A stretch of 47,675 bases of DNA, taken from NCBI GenBank assembly GCA_044232845.1, contig JBIILD010000001.1:1-47675 (forward strand). The letters are read 5' to 3'. The notes beneath the pieces were generated by a model. It worked only from the letters and a program-made list of their open reading frames with translations, made no database searches and was not told the origin of the DNA. Of the stretch, positions 19,258 to 28,953 are shown one piece after another (within the stretch, counting starts at the first letter, position 1; the number at the start of each line of letters is the position of its first letter). The stretch comes from Flavobacterium sp. GTDB taxonomy: Bacteria; Bacteroidota; Bacteroidia; Flavobacteriales; Flavobacteriaceae. The translations under genes were made by a program, and so were the position numbers.

Positions 19258-20607
19258 ATGAAAAAGGTGGGTAACCATAATTCGATTGTAAGGAAATTAT
19301 ATTTTAGCCTAGGTCTAGTGCTAATTTTGTCCTTAACTTCATTTGCACAAGATGCAACTCCGGCGGTTCCCGGATCAACCTCAACTCCTGTTGCAGCTCC
19401 TGTAGTTGCACAAGGGGGAGATCCTGTAAAAGGGAAAGAACTCTTCAATGCACAGTGCGCAGCATGTCACAAGCTTGACGCAAAGATGACGGGTCCGGCA
19501 TTGAGAAATATCATTGGGAAACATGATAAAGAGTGGTTGTACAAATGGATTCACAACAGTCAAGATCTTATTAAATCTGGAGATCCAGCCGCAGTTAAAT
19601 TATGGGAAGAATACAAACCTTCTGTAATGAACTCTTTCCCTCAATTATCAAATGGTGATATTGATAATATTATTGCGTATACATCAGAACCAAAAGCGGA
19701 AGCTGTTGCTTCTTCAGTATCAGCTGAGGCATCTACTGAATCTAGCGCAGGCGGAAGTTCAATTTCAAGCGATATTATTCTTGGGGCATTAATATTAGTA
19801 ATGCTTATATTGATTGTAATGTTATTGCTGGTCAATAAAGTTTTAACGAAAGTAGCTGCAATCAATGGTATAGTGGTTGCTGATAAAGAAAAAACAAAAA
19901 CTACTCCCATTTGGAAAAGTTTTGTTAATAATCAATTTTTAGTGTTGGTTAGTGCTATATTTTTATTGTTATCAAGTGCCTATTTTGTGTATGGATTTTT
20001 TATGCAAGTTGGAGTTGACCAAGATTATGAGCCAATTCAACCGATACATTATTCTCACAGAATTCATGCGGGTAGTAATGGTATCAACTGTAATTATTGT
20101 CACTCTGCAGCAAGAGTTAGTAAGCACTCAAATATACCTTCTTTAAATATATGTATGAATTGTCATAAAAGTATTGCGGAAGTTTCAGATACTACTGCAA
20201 CTGAAGATTACTCTAAATCATTCTATGATGGAGAAATTCAAAAATTATACAAAGCGGTAGGTTGGGATCAATCTACTCAATCTTATACGGGTAAAACAGA
20301 GCCTGTAAAATGGGTTCGCATTCACAATTTACCTGACTTCGTGTATTTTAATCATTCTCAACACGTTAAGGTTGCTGGGATTGAGTGTCAAACATGTCAT
20401 GGTCCTGTTCAGACTTATGAAATTATGAAACAGTTTTCTCCATTAACGATGGGTTGGTGTATTGACTGTCATAGAAAAACAGAAGTAAAAATGGAAGGTA
20501 ATGAATATTACACCAAAATTCATGAACAACTTTCTAAAAAGTACGGAGTTGATAAATTAACTGCTGCTCAAATGGGTGGATTAGAATGTGGTAAATGCCA
20601 CTATTAG
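19258..20607 (+). CDS. actA: Alternative complex III subunit A (monoheme plus pentaheme cytochrome c)
   Basis: Six CxxCH motifs (CAACH, CNYCH, CMNCH, CQTCH, CIDCH, CGKCH) and TM helices. Confidence 0.93.
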   Translation: MKKVGNHNSIVRKLYFSLGLVLILSLTSFAQDATPAVPGSTSTPVAAPVVAQGGDPVKGKELFNAQCAACHKLDAKMTGPALRNIIGKHDKEWLYKWIHNSQDLIKSGDPAAVKLWEEYKPSVMNSFPQLSNGDIDNIIAYTSEPKAEAVASSVSAEASTESSAGGSSISSDIILGALILVMLILIVMLLLVNKVLTKVAAINGIVVADKEKTKTTPIWKSFVNNQFLVLVSAIFLLLSSAYFVYGFFMQVGVDQDYEPIQPIHYSHRIHAGSNGINCNYCHSAARVSKHSNIPSLNICMNCHKSIAEVSDTTATEDYSKSFYDGEIQKLYKAVGWDQSTQSYTGKTEPVKWVRIHNLPDFVYFNHSQHVKVAGIECQTCHGPVQTYEIMKQFSPLTMGWCIDCHRKTEVKMEGNEYYTKIHEQLSKKYGVDKLTAAQMGGLECGKCHY

Positions 20608-20739
20608 AAAAAGGTTAAAAGTTTATGAGTTTAGAAGTTTAGAAAAAAATAACTTACAAGAGTATTCACTAAACTTATAACCTCATTACCGTATAAACTA
20701 TTAAAGAAAATAATTAAGAAGCTAATATTTATATAGAAT

Positions 20740-23700
20740 ATGTCATCAAACAAAAAATACTGGAAAAGTGTTGAAGAACTAGACGGAAATAGTTCTATTG
20801 TTGAGGCGCTTAAAAATAACGAATTTGTTGAAGAAATTCCTACGGATGAATTTTTAGGAAACAGTGATGCTTTGTCATCTTCCTCAACAACACGTCGCGA
20901 TTTTTTAAAGTACGTTGGATTCAGTACTGCGGCAGCTACACTTGCAGCTTGTGAAGGTCCTGTTCACCTGTCGATACCTTACGTGGTACAACCTGAACAA
21001 ATCATCCCTGGAATTGCGGATTATTATGCAACTTCGTTTTTTGATGGTTTTGATTTTGCCAACCTTTTAGTTAAAACTCGTGAAGGGCGTCCTATCAAAA
21101 TAGATAACAATACTATGGCAGGCGCTAAATTTTCAGCTAATGCCAGAATTCACGCCTCCATATTGTCATTATATGATAGTATGCGTTTGAAAGAGCCAAA
21201 AATTGCCGGTAAAAACGCTAGTTGGATTGATGTCGATTCAAAAATAAAATCAAGTTTGGCTGATGCTAAAGCAAAAGGAGGACAAGTTGTACTCTTGACT
21301 AATACCTTGGCAAGCCCTTCAACTGAGAAGTTGATAGCTGAATTTATTGCCAAAAATCCAAATGCAAAACACGTAGTTTACGATGCCGTTTCTGAGTCAG
21401 AAGCCCTAGACGCATTCGAAACAGTTTATGGTGAAAGAGCTTTGGCAGATTATGACTTTTCTAAAGCCTCATTAATTGTTTCTGTCGGTGCAGATTTCTT
21501 GGGAGATTGGCAAGGCGGAAGTTATGACTCCGGATATGCTCAAGGCAGAATTCCCAAAAACGGAAAAATGTCACGTCATTTCCAATTGGAGGCGAATATG
21601 ACCTTATCTGGTGCCGCTGCTGACAAACGCGTTGCTATGTCAACTGCAAATCAAAAACAAGCCTTAGTACTTATATACAACACAGTTGTTGGAGCTTCGG
21701 TTCCAGTAAATTTAGAGGCTAAATTTAAAGCGGAAGTTAGCAAAGCGGCTCAACAGTTGAAAGCTGCTGGGCGCCAGGGAGTTTTAGTTTCTGGAATTCA
21801 AGATAAAAACGCCCAATTGTTGGTTTTAGCTATCAATCAAGCATTAGCCAGTGAGTCTTTTTCAACTGTTGGAACAAGACAAATCAGAAAAGGATCAAAC
21901 GAAAAAGTAGCTCAATTAGTTGCAGCTATGAAAGCAGGAAGCGTCCATACTTTGATTATGAGTGGCGTTAATCCAGTGTATACTTTACCTAATTCAAAAG
22001 ATTTTGTTGAGGGATTGAAAAGGGTTAGTCTTTCGGCTTCCTTTTCTTTGAGAGAAGACGAAACAGCTTCTTTGACAACTATTACTGCTGCCGCACCTCA
22101 CTATTTAGAATCTTGGGGAGATGTAAGTATTACAAAAGGAACATATACTTTGACTCAGCCTACCATTCGACCACTATTCAATACCAAACAATTTCAGGAT
22201 GTTTTATTATCTTTAAATGGTAATACCGGAACTTTCTATGATTATTTAAAGGTAAATATTGCTTCAAATGCCGCAGGTGCTACTTGGAATCAAGTATTGC
22301 ATGACGGTATTTTTGTTGGAACAATACCATCTGCTTCCGCAGGTTCTGCTGATTATACTGCCGCTGCAAATGCGTTGGCTAAATCAAAAGCCGCTTCCAA
22401 TTTCGAATTGGTTTTGTATACCAAAACAGGTTTAGGCGACGGGCAACAAGCAAATAATCCTTGGCTGCAAGAATTTCCTGATCCAATAACAAGAGTTTCA
22501 TGGGATAATTACGTTACTGTTTCTAATAAGGATGCCAAACTTTTAGGTTTGTCAAATGAAATCGTTGCTAATGGTGGTTTGAACGGAAGCTATGCTACCA
22601 TAACTACTTCTGACGGCGTTACATTAGAAAATGTACCTGTTATTGTTCAACCTGGACAAGCTGTTGGAACAATAGGTCTTGCTTTGGGTTATGGAAAAAA
22701 AGCGGCGCTAAAAGAAGAAATGCAAGTAGGTTTAAATGCCTATTCCTTATACAAAGGATTTAATAATTTACAGTCTGTTTCGTTAACAAAAGCAAACGGT
22801 GAACATGAGTTTGCTTGTGTTCAAGGTCAAAAAACATTGATGGGTAGAGGAGATATTATTAAAGAAACTACTTTAGAAATATTCAATACCAAAGATGCTG
22901 AAGTTTGGAACGAACAACCAATGGTTTCCATAGATCATAAAGAAGTAAAAGCGACATCAGTAAATTTATGGGAAAATTTTGATCGTTCAATCGGACATCA
23001 CTTTAATCTTTCTATCGATTTAAATGCCTGTACGGGTTGTGGTTCATGTGTTATAGCTTGTCACGCTGAAAATAACGTGCCTGTTGTTGGTAAATCTGAA
23101 ATTAGAAGAAGTCGCGATATGCACTGGTTGCGTATTGACCGTTATTATTCCTCAGAAGACACTTTCGCTGGCGATAATGAAAGAAAAGAAAATATTGCAG
23201 GTTTATCAAGTTCATTATCTACTTTTAATGAAATGGAAAAAGCAGGTGATAATCCACAAGTTTCCTTTCAGCCTGTAATGTGTCAACATTGTAATCACGC
23301 ACCATGTGAGACAGTTTGTCCAGTGGCAGCAACTTCACATGGACGTCAAGGACAAAACCAAATGGCCTATAATAGATGTGTTGGTACTCGTTATTGTGCC
23401 AATAACTGTCCTTATAAAGTGCGACGTTTCAACTGGTTCTTGTACAACAAAAACAGCGAATTTGATTTCCACATGAATGATGATTTAGGACGTATGGTAT
23501 TGAATCCAGATGTCAATGTTCGTTCCCGCGGGGTTATGGAAAAATGTTCTATGTGTATTCAAAAAACACAAGCGACTATTTTGGCGGCAAAAAATGAAGG
23601 AAGAGAAATTGTTGATGGTGAATTCCAAACGGCTTGTTCTAGTGCTTGTACTACTGGGGCTATGGTTTTTGGGGATATTAACGACAAAGAAAGTCAAGTT

Positions 23701-23796
23701 GCTAAGTTAGTACAAGACGATAGAATGTATCATTTGTTAGAACATGTGGGTACTAAACCTAATGTGATTTATCATGTTAAAGTTCGAAATACCTAA
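20740..23796 (+). CDS. actB: ACIII subunit B (Tat-exported molybdopterin-oxidoreductase-like domain plus Fe-S domain)
   Basis: TRRDFLK Tat motif with LAAC lipobox; CTGCGSC, CQHCNHAPC, CVGTRYC and KCSMC. Confidence 0.95.
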   Translation: MSSNKKYWKSVEELDGNSSIVEALKNNEFVEEIPTDEFLGNSDALSSSSTTRRDFLKYVGFSTAAATLAACEGPVHLSIPYVVQPEQIIPGIADYYATSFFDGFDFANLLVKTREGRPIKIDNNTMAGAKFSANARIHASILSLYDSMRLKEPKIAGKNASWIDVDSKIKSSLADAKAKGGQVVLLTNTLASPSTEKLIAEFIAKNPNAKHVVYDAVSESEALDAFETVYGERALADYDFSKASLIVSVGADFLGDWQGGSYDSGYAQGRIPKNGKMSRHFQLEANMTLSGAAADKRVAMSTANQKQALVLIYNTVVGASVPVNLEAKFKAEVSKAAQQLKAAGRQGVLVSGIQDKNAQLLVLAINQALASESFSTVGTRQIRKGSNEKVAQLVAAMKAGSVHTLIMSGVNPVYTLPNSKDFVEGLKRVSLSASFSLREDETASLTTITAAAPHYLESWGDVSITKGTYTLTQPTIRPLFNTKQFQDVLLSLNGNTGTFYDYLKVNIASNAAGATWNQVLHDGIFVGTIPSASAGSADYTAAANALAKSKAASNFELVLYTKTGLGDGQQANNPWLQEFPDPITRVSWDNYVTVSNKDAKLLGLSNEIVANGGLNGSYATITTSDGVTLENVPVIVQPGQAVGTIGLALGYGKKAALKEEMQVGLNAYSLYKGFNNLQSVSLTKANGEHEFACVQGQKTLMGRGDIIKETTLEIFNTKDAEVWNEQPMVSIDHKEVKATSVNLWENFDRSIGHHFNLSIDLNACTGCGSCVIACHAENNVPVVGKSEIRRSRDMHWLRIDRYYSSEDTFAGDNERKENIAGLSSSLSTFNEMEKAGDNPQVSFQPVMCQHCNHAPCETVCPVAATSHGRQGQNQMAYNRCVGTRYCANNCPYKVRRFNWFLYNKNSEFDFHMNDDLGRMVLNPDVNVRSRGVMEKCSMCIQKTQATILAAKNEGREIVDGEFQTACSSACTTGAMVFGDINDKESQVAKLVQDDRMYHLLEHVGTKPNVIYHVKVRNT

Positions 23797-23865
23797 TCAG
23801 TGTCAATAGCAATAATAAAAAAGAAATAATTGTAAAATATAGATAAGTAAGAAAAGGGGGTTTTT

Positions 23866-23905
23866 TAAATTTTAAATCTTAAATCTTAAATCTTAAATCT
23901 TAAAT
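23866..23905. repeat. Heptamer tandem repeat (TAAATCT) about x5
   Basis: TAAATTT TAAATCT TAAATCT TAAATCT TAAATCT TAAAT immediately before the actC start. Confidence 0.85.
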
Positions 23906-23911
23906 TAAACT

Positions 23912-25315
23912 ATGTCTCATATATACGACGCGCCCATTAGAAAACCTTTAATTATAGGTGATAAATCTTATCACGATGTAACAGTAGATGTTGCTGCACC
24001 TGTTGAAGGGAAAGCCAACAAACAGTGGTGGATTGTATTTTCAATTGCATTAGCAGCTTTTCTTTGGGGAATGGGTTGCATTGTTTACACTGTTTCTACT
24101 GGTATTGGAACATGGGGGTTAAACAAAACAGTAGGCTGGGCTTGGGATATTACGAATTTCGTTTGGTGGGTTGGTATTGGTCACGCTGGGACCCTGATTT
24201 CAGCGGTACTTTTACTATTCCGTCAAAGATGGAGAATGGCGATAAACCGTTCTGCAGAAGCGATGACCATTTTCTCAGTAATCCAAGCGGGTTTGTTTCC
24301 AATTATCCACATGGGGCGTCCTTGGTTAGCGTATTGGGTTTTGCCAATTCCAAATCAATTCGGGTCTCTTTGGGTAAATTTTAACTCACCATTACTTTGG
24401 GACGTTTTTGCAATTTCTACCTATCTTTCGGTATCATTGGTTTTTTGGTGGACAGGCTTATTACCCGATTTTGCAATGCTTAGAGATAGAGCTATTACTC
24501 CTTTTAACAAACGAATTTATTCTATTTTGAGTTTTGGTTGGAGCGGAAGAGCAAAAGATTGGCAGCGATTTGAGGAAGTTTCCTTAGTGCTTGCAGGATT
24601 GGCAACACCATTGGTACTTTCGGTTCATACTATTGTATCTATGGACTTTGCTACTTCGGTTATACCGGGATGGCATACTACCATTTTTCCTCCCTACTTT
24701 GTTGCCGGAGCTGTTTTCTCAGGATTTGCGATGGTAAATACCTTGCTAATTATTATGAGAAAAGTATCTAACCTTGAAGCCTACATTACTATTCAACATA
24801 TCGAATTAATGAATATTGTAATAATGATTACGGGTTCAATTGTAGGGGTTGCTTATATCACCGAACTTTTTGTAGCTTGGTACTCGGGAGTGGAATATGA
24901 GCAATATGCATTCCTGAATAGAGCCACCGGGCCTTATTGGTGGGCCTATTGGTCGATGATGACTTGTAACGTTTTTTCTCCACAATTTATGTGGTTTAAA
25001 AAATTAAGAACAAGCATTATGTTCTCATTTATTATATCTATTGTTGTAAACATTGGAATGTGGTTTGAAAGATTTGTAATTATCGTTACTTCATTGCATA
25101 GAGATTACCTTCCTTCTTCCTGGACTATGTTTTCGCCAACATTCGTAGACATTGGGATTTTCATTGGAACAATAGGTTTCTTCTTTGTGTTGTTTTTGTT
25201 ATATGCTAGAACATTCCCTGTAATTGCGCAGGCCGAGGTAAAAACAATATTAAAAGGAACTGGAGATAATTATATTAGAGAAAGAGCAGCAAATAAAGAT
25301 TCACATCATGAGTAA
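23912..25315 (+). CDS. actC: ACIII subunit C (NrfD/PsrC-like quinol oxidase membrane subunit)
   Basis: FVWWVGIGHAGTLISA, HMGRPW and SPLLWD motifs; polytopic. Confidence 0.95.
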   Translation: MSHIYDAPIRKPLIIGDKSYHDVTVDVAAPVEGKANKQWWIVFSIALAAFLWGMGCIVYTVSTGIGTWGLNKTVGWAWDITNFVWWVGIGHAGTLISAVLLLFRQRWRMAINRSAEAMTIFSVIQAGLFPIIHMGRPWLAYWVLPIPNQFGSLWVNFNSPLLWDVFAISTYLSVSLVFWWTGLLPDFAMLRDRAITPFNKRIYSILSFGWSGRAKDWQRFEEVSLVLAGLATPLVLSVHTIVSMDFATSVIPGWHTTIFPPYFVAGAVFSGFAMVNTLLIIMRKVSNLEAYITIQHIELMNIVIMITGSIVGVAYITELFVAWYSGVEYEQYAFLNRATGPYWWAYWSMMTCNVFSPQFMWFKKLRTSIMFSFIISIVVNIGMWFERFVIIVTSLHRDYLPSSWTMFSPTFVDIGIFIGTIGFFFVLFLLYARTFPVIAQAEVKTILKGTGDNYIRERAANKDSHHE

Positions 25316-25832
25316 TAAAGTAATACACGCCATTTATAAGGACGATGATATTTTGATGGATGCCGTTAAGAAAACTCGTGCCGCCCATCATCATATTGAA
25401 GAAGTTTTTACTCCATTTCCGGTTCACGGATTGGATAAAGCAATGGGATTAGCGCCCACTAGATTAGCAATATGTGCTTTTATCTATGGTTTGTGCGGCT
25501 TGTCTTTTGGAACTTGGATGATGGATTATATAATGATTCAAGATTGGCCTCAAGATATTGGCGGAAAACCAAGTATGAGTTATATTCAAAATATGCCAGC
25601 TTTCGTACCAATTATGTTTGAAGAAACGGTGTTTTTTGCTGCGCATTTAATGGTGATTACTTTCTATATGAGAAGTAGATTATGGCCCTTCAAACAAGCA
25701 GAAAATCCAGATGTAAGAACAACTGATGACCATTTCCTGATGGAAGTTGCCGTAAATAATAATGAAAAAGAGCTTGTTTCTTTTTTCGAAAATACTGGAG
25801 CGGTAGAAGTTAAAGTAATTGTAAAGAATTAA
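25308..25832 (+). CDS. actD: ACIII subunit D (DUF3341)
   Basis: TPFPVHGLD, IGGKP and FVPIMFE motifs; operon position. Confidence 0.92.
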   Translation: MSNKVIHAIYKDDDILMDAVKKTRAAHHHIEEVFTPFPVHGLDKAMGLAPTRLAICAFIYGLCGLSFGTWMMDYIMIQDWPQDIGGKPSMSYIQNMPAFVPIMFEETVFFAAHLMVITFYMRSRLWPFKQAENPDVRTTDDHFLMEVAVNNNEKELVSFFENTGAVEVKVIVKN

Positions 25833-25840
25833 TTGTCGAT

Positions 25841-26386
25841 ATGAAAAGTCTATATAAAATAACATTTGTAATTTGTATTACTATTTTAGTTTTGTCTTGT
25901 CATGATACTTCGAAGCCTAATTACCAATACATGCCCAATATGTATGAGTCCGTAGGATATGAAACTTATGCTGAATCAAAAGCTTTCAAAGACGGAAAGG
26001 AAGGTCAGCTTCCCGCTGCGGGTTCCATTAAGAGAGGTTTTGTACCTTATGGAATACCCAACACAACCGAAGGATATAATTTTTCCAAAACAATCGTTAC
26101 ATCTGCCTTAGATTCTGCGTCTGTTGATATGGTCAAGGCAAAAGAGCTTTTTGAAGTTTATTGTGCCATTTGTCACGGAAATGAAGGTAATGGTAAGGGT
26201 AAATTAGTAACACAGGAGAAAATACTAGGGGTGCCTAGTTATGCAGATAGAGAAATATCAGTTGGAAGTGTATTTCATGTTCAAGCATATGGATTAAATT
26301 CAATGGGAGCATATTCTAACCAGATGACCCAAAAAGAGCGTTGGATGGTTTCTGAATATGTCATGGAATTAAAAAGTAAATTATAA
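25841..26386 (+). CDS. actE: ACIII subunit E (monoheme cytochrome c lipoprotein)
   Basis: VLSC lipobox, YMPNMY, CAICH and MGAY. Confidence 0.92.
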   Translation: MKSLYKITFVICITILVLSCHDTSKPNYQYMPNMYESVGYETYAESKAFKDGKEGQLPAAGSIKRGFVPYGIPNTTEGYNFSKTIVTSALDSASVDMVKAKELFEVYCAICHGNEGNGKGKLVTQEKILGVPSYADREISVGSVFHVQAYGLNSMGAYSNQMTQKERWMVSEYVMELKSKL

Positions 26387-26413
26387 TTGTAGAATAAAAT
26401 CATCACAATAGAT

Positions 26414-27751
26414 ATGTATACATTTTCAAATAAATTAAAAACATTTTCCCTAATTCTAATGGCTATTGGTCTTTTAGGCATAGGTTATGGTTTTTTATCT
26501 GCACCCAAAAATATTCAAGATGTTGAGGCTATTCTTGCTAAAGATTCTCATGGAAGTTTGCATAATCAAACAGCAAGTCACACTGTTGCTGATGAAACTC
26601 ACGGCGCTTCAATAAATCATAAAATGAATGTAGATGCTGAACACAAAGATCATTTAGAGCATGTATTGCATCAATTGCAAAACAAGCCTTGGGCCGCATT
26701 ATATGTAGCTTGTATCTTTTTTATGTTAGTTTCCCTAGGTGTTTTAGTATTCTATGCCATTCAGCAAGTGGCTCAAGCAGGATGGTCTCCAGTATTGTTT
26801 AGAGTCATGCAAGGCATTACAGCGTATTTGCCAGTAGGTTCCGTGATTTTTTTCGTAATATTAATTCTTTGCGGATTGCATTTCAATCATATTTTCGTTT
26901 GGTTAGATCCAGAAGTTGTGGCACATGACAAACTAATAGCGGCAAAATCAGGGTATTTAAATTTTCCTTTTTGGATTATTAGAGCAGCTATATTTTTGAT
27001 TGGATGGAATCTTTACCGATATTATTCCAGAAAAAATTGTTTGGCACAAGATGAAGCAAAAGACGATAGTTTTTACAAAAAGAACTTCAAAATATCAGCT
27101 GGATTCTTGGTATTCTTTATAGTTACCGAATCGATTATGTCTTGGGACTGGATTATGTCAGTAGATCCACACTGGTTTAGTACCTTATTCGGATGGTATG
27201 TTTTTGCCAGTTTCTTGGTAAGTGGTGTTACAACAATTTGTTTTGTAACTATTTATTTAAAATCAAAAGGATATTTAGAGCATGTAAACACAAGCCATAT
27301 TCACGATTTAGCGAAATTCATGTTTGGATTTAGTGTTTTTTGGACCTACTTATGGTTTTCTCAATTTATGCTGATATGGTATGCCGATATTCCTGAAGAG
27401 GTCACTTATTTTGTTACTAGAATAAACGATTATAACCTACCTTTCTTTGGGGCTGTTGCCATGAACTTTTTATTTCCAGTATTGATTTTAATAAATACTG
27501 ATTTCAAGAGAATATCGTGGATATTAGTTATGGCTGGTATTGTAATTTTATTAGGGCATTATGTTGACTTTTTTAATATGATTATGCCAGGTACTGTTGG
27601 TGATCAATGGTTTATTGGAGTTTCAGAAATCGCATCGGTTCTTTTCTTTTTTGGATTGTTTATTTATGTTGTATTTTCAGCATTAACAAAGGCACCGATG
27701 TTGCCAAAAAGAAACCCATTTATAGAGGAAAGTAAGCATTTTCATTATTAA
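26414..27751 (+). CDS. actF: ACIII subunit F (membrane subunit)
   Basis: DWIMSVDPHWFST, WTYLWFSQFMLIWY and IPEE motifs. Confidence 0.92.
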   Translation: MYTFSNKLKTFSLILMAIGLLGIGYGFLSAPKNIQDVEAILAKDSHGSLHNQTASHTVADETHGASINHKMNVDAEHKDHLEHVLHQLQNKPWAALYVACIFFMLVSLGVLVFYAIQQVAQAGWSPVLFRVMQGITAYLPVGSVIFFVILILCGLHFNHIFVWLDPEVVAHDKLIAAKSGYLNFPFWIIRAAIFLIGWNLYRYYSRKNCLAQDEAKDDSFYKKNFKISAGFLVFFIVTESIMSWDWIMSVDPHWFSTLFGWYVFASFLVSGVTTICFVTIYLKSKGYLEHVNTSHIHDLAKFMFGFSVFWTYLWFSQFMLIWYADIPEEVTYFVTRINDYNLPFFGAVAMNFLFPVLILINTDFKRISWILVMAGIVILLGHYVDFFNMIMPGTVGDQWFIGVSEIASVLFFFGLFIYVVFSALTKAPMLPKRNPFIEESKHFHY

Positions 27752-27769
27752 TATTTAAATAAAAATTAG

Positions 27770-28924
27770 ATGACAAGTTTGTTGGTAATTATAGTTTTAG
27801 TTTTATTAGCTATTGCATTATGGCAGTTAACTAAAATATTTGATTTGACTCAAGTTGGAGTTAATAAAGACAATTCACAAATAGCAAATGATGAAGACAA
27901 TAATACGCAAGGATATTTGATGTTTGGTTTTTTAGCATTCATCTATATTTTTACTATTTATGGATTGTATAAGTGGGGTGGTTTAGTACTTCATACTCCA
28001 GCTTCTCAACATGGTGGAATGGTTGATAATTTGATGAATATTACTTGGGTAGTTATTTTTGCAGTTCAAGCTTTTACTCAAGTTTTAGTGCATTACTTTT
28101 CTTTTAAATACCGAGGGTCTAAAGATAAAAAAGCTTTATATTTTTCAGACAGCACTAAATTAGAAATTATTTGGAGTGCTATCCCTGCAGTAGTTTTGGC
28201 TGGTTTGATTCTTTATGGTTTGTATGCTTGGACCAATATTATGTTTATAGATGAAGATGAAGATGCCATTGTAATTGAGGTTTATGCTCAACAGTTCAAT
28301 TGGACTGCTCGATATTCTGGGAATGATAATGTTCTTGGAAAGGTTAATGTTAGACTTATTGAGGGAGTTAATTCCTTAGGTGTTGATCTTTCTGATCCAA
28401 ACGCACAAGATGATATTGTTATAAAAGAGTTACATATTCCAAAAGGTAAAAAAATACACTTCAAATTCCGATCTCAAGATGTTTTGCATTCTGCTTATTT
28501 CCCCTATTTTAGAGCCCAAATGAACTGTGTTCCTGGTATGGTAACGGAATTTGCTTTTACGCCAATATACACTACTGATGAGTATCGTGAATTACCATAC
28601 ATGATAGAAAAAGTCAAGAACATTAACAAAATAAGATCTGACAAGAGTCTAGAATTAGTAGCTAATGGAGGAACAGCATTAGATCCTTACGCCTTCGATT
28701 TTTTATTGCTTTGTAACAAAATTTGTGGTGCTTCTCATTACAATATGCAAATGAAAGTAGTTGTTGATACCCCAGAAGATTACAAAAAATGGCTAAGCGA
28801 AAAGCCTACAGTGGTTCAGGAAGTTAAAACTTCCAATGCCTCAGCGCCAGCTTCGGATGAAGTAGGTAAGGACTCTACTAAAGCCAAGGATACTGCCGCT
28901 ATGGCTAAAATAGCCATGAAATAA
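27770..28924 (+). CDS. coxB: Cytochrome c oxidase subunit II
   Basis: LEIIWSAIP, QFNW, DVLHS and the CuA motif CNKICGASHYNM. Confidence 0.95.
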   Translation: MTSLLVIIVLVLLAIALWQLTKIFDLTQVGVNKDNSQIANDEDNNTQGYLMFGFLAFIYIFTIYGLYKWGGLVLHTPASQHGGMVDNLMNITWVVIFAVQAFTQVLVHYFSFKYRGSKDKKALYFSDSTKLEIIWSAIPAVVLAGLILYGLYAWTNIMFIDEDEDAIVIEVYAQQFNWTARYSGNDNVLGKVNVRLIEGVNSLGVDLSDPNAQDDIVIKELHIPKGKKIHFKFRSQDVLHSAYFPYFRAQMNCVPGMVTEFAFTPIYTTDEYRELPYMIEKVKNINKIRSDKSLELVANGGTALDPYAFDFLLLCNKICGASHYNMQMKVVVDTPEDYKKWLSEKPTVVQEVKTSNASAPASDEVGKDSTKAKDTAAMAKIAMK

Positions 28925-28953
28925 TTATTTAAGAATATTTAAAGTACACATAT

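Noticed and set aside
28700-28750. CuA motif CNKIC lacking the usual Glu
   Set aside because: That position ligates copper through its backbone carbonyl, and I recall this variant as normal for Bacteroidota subunit II.
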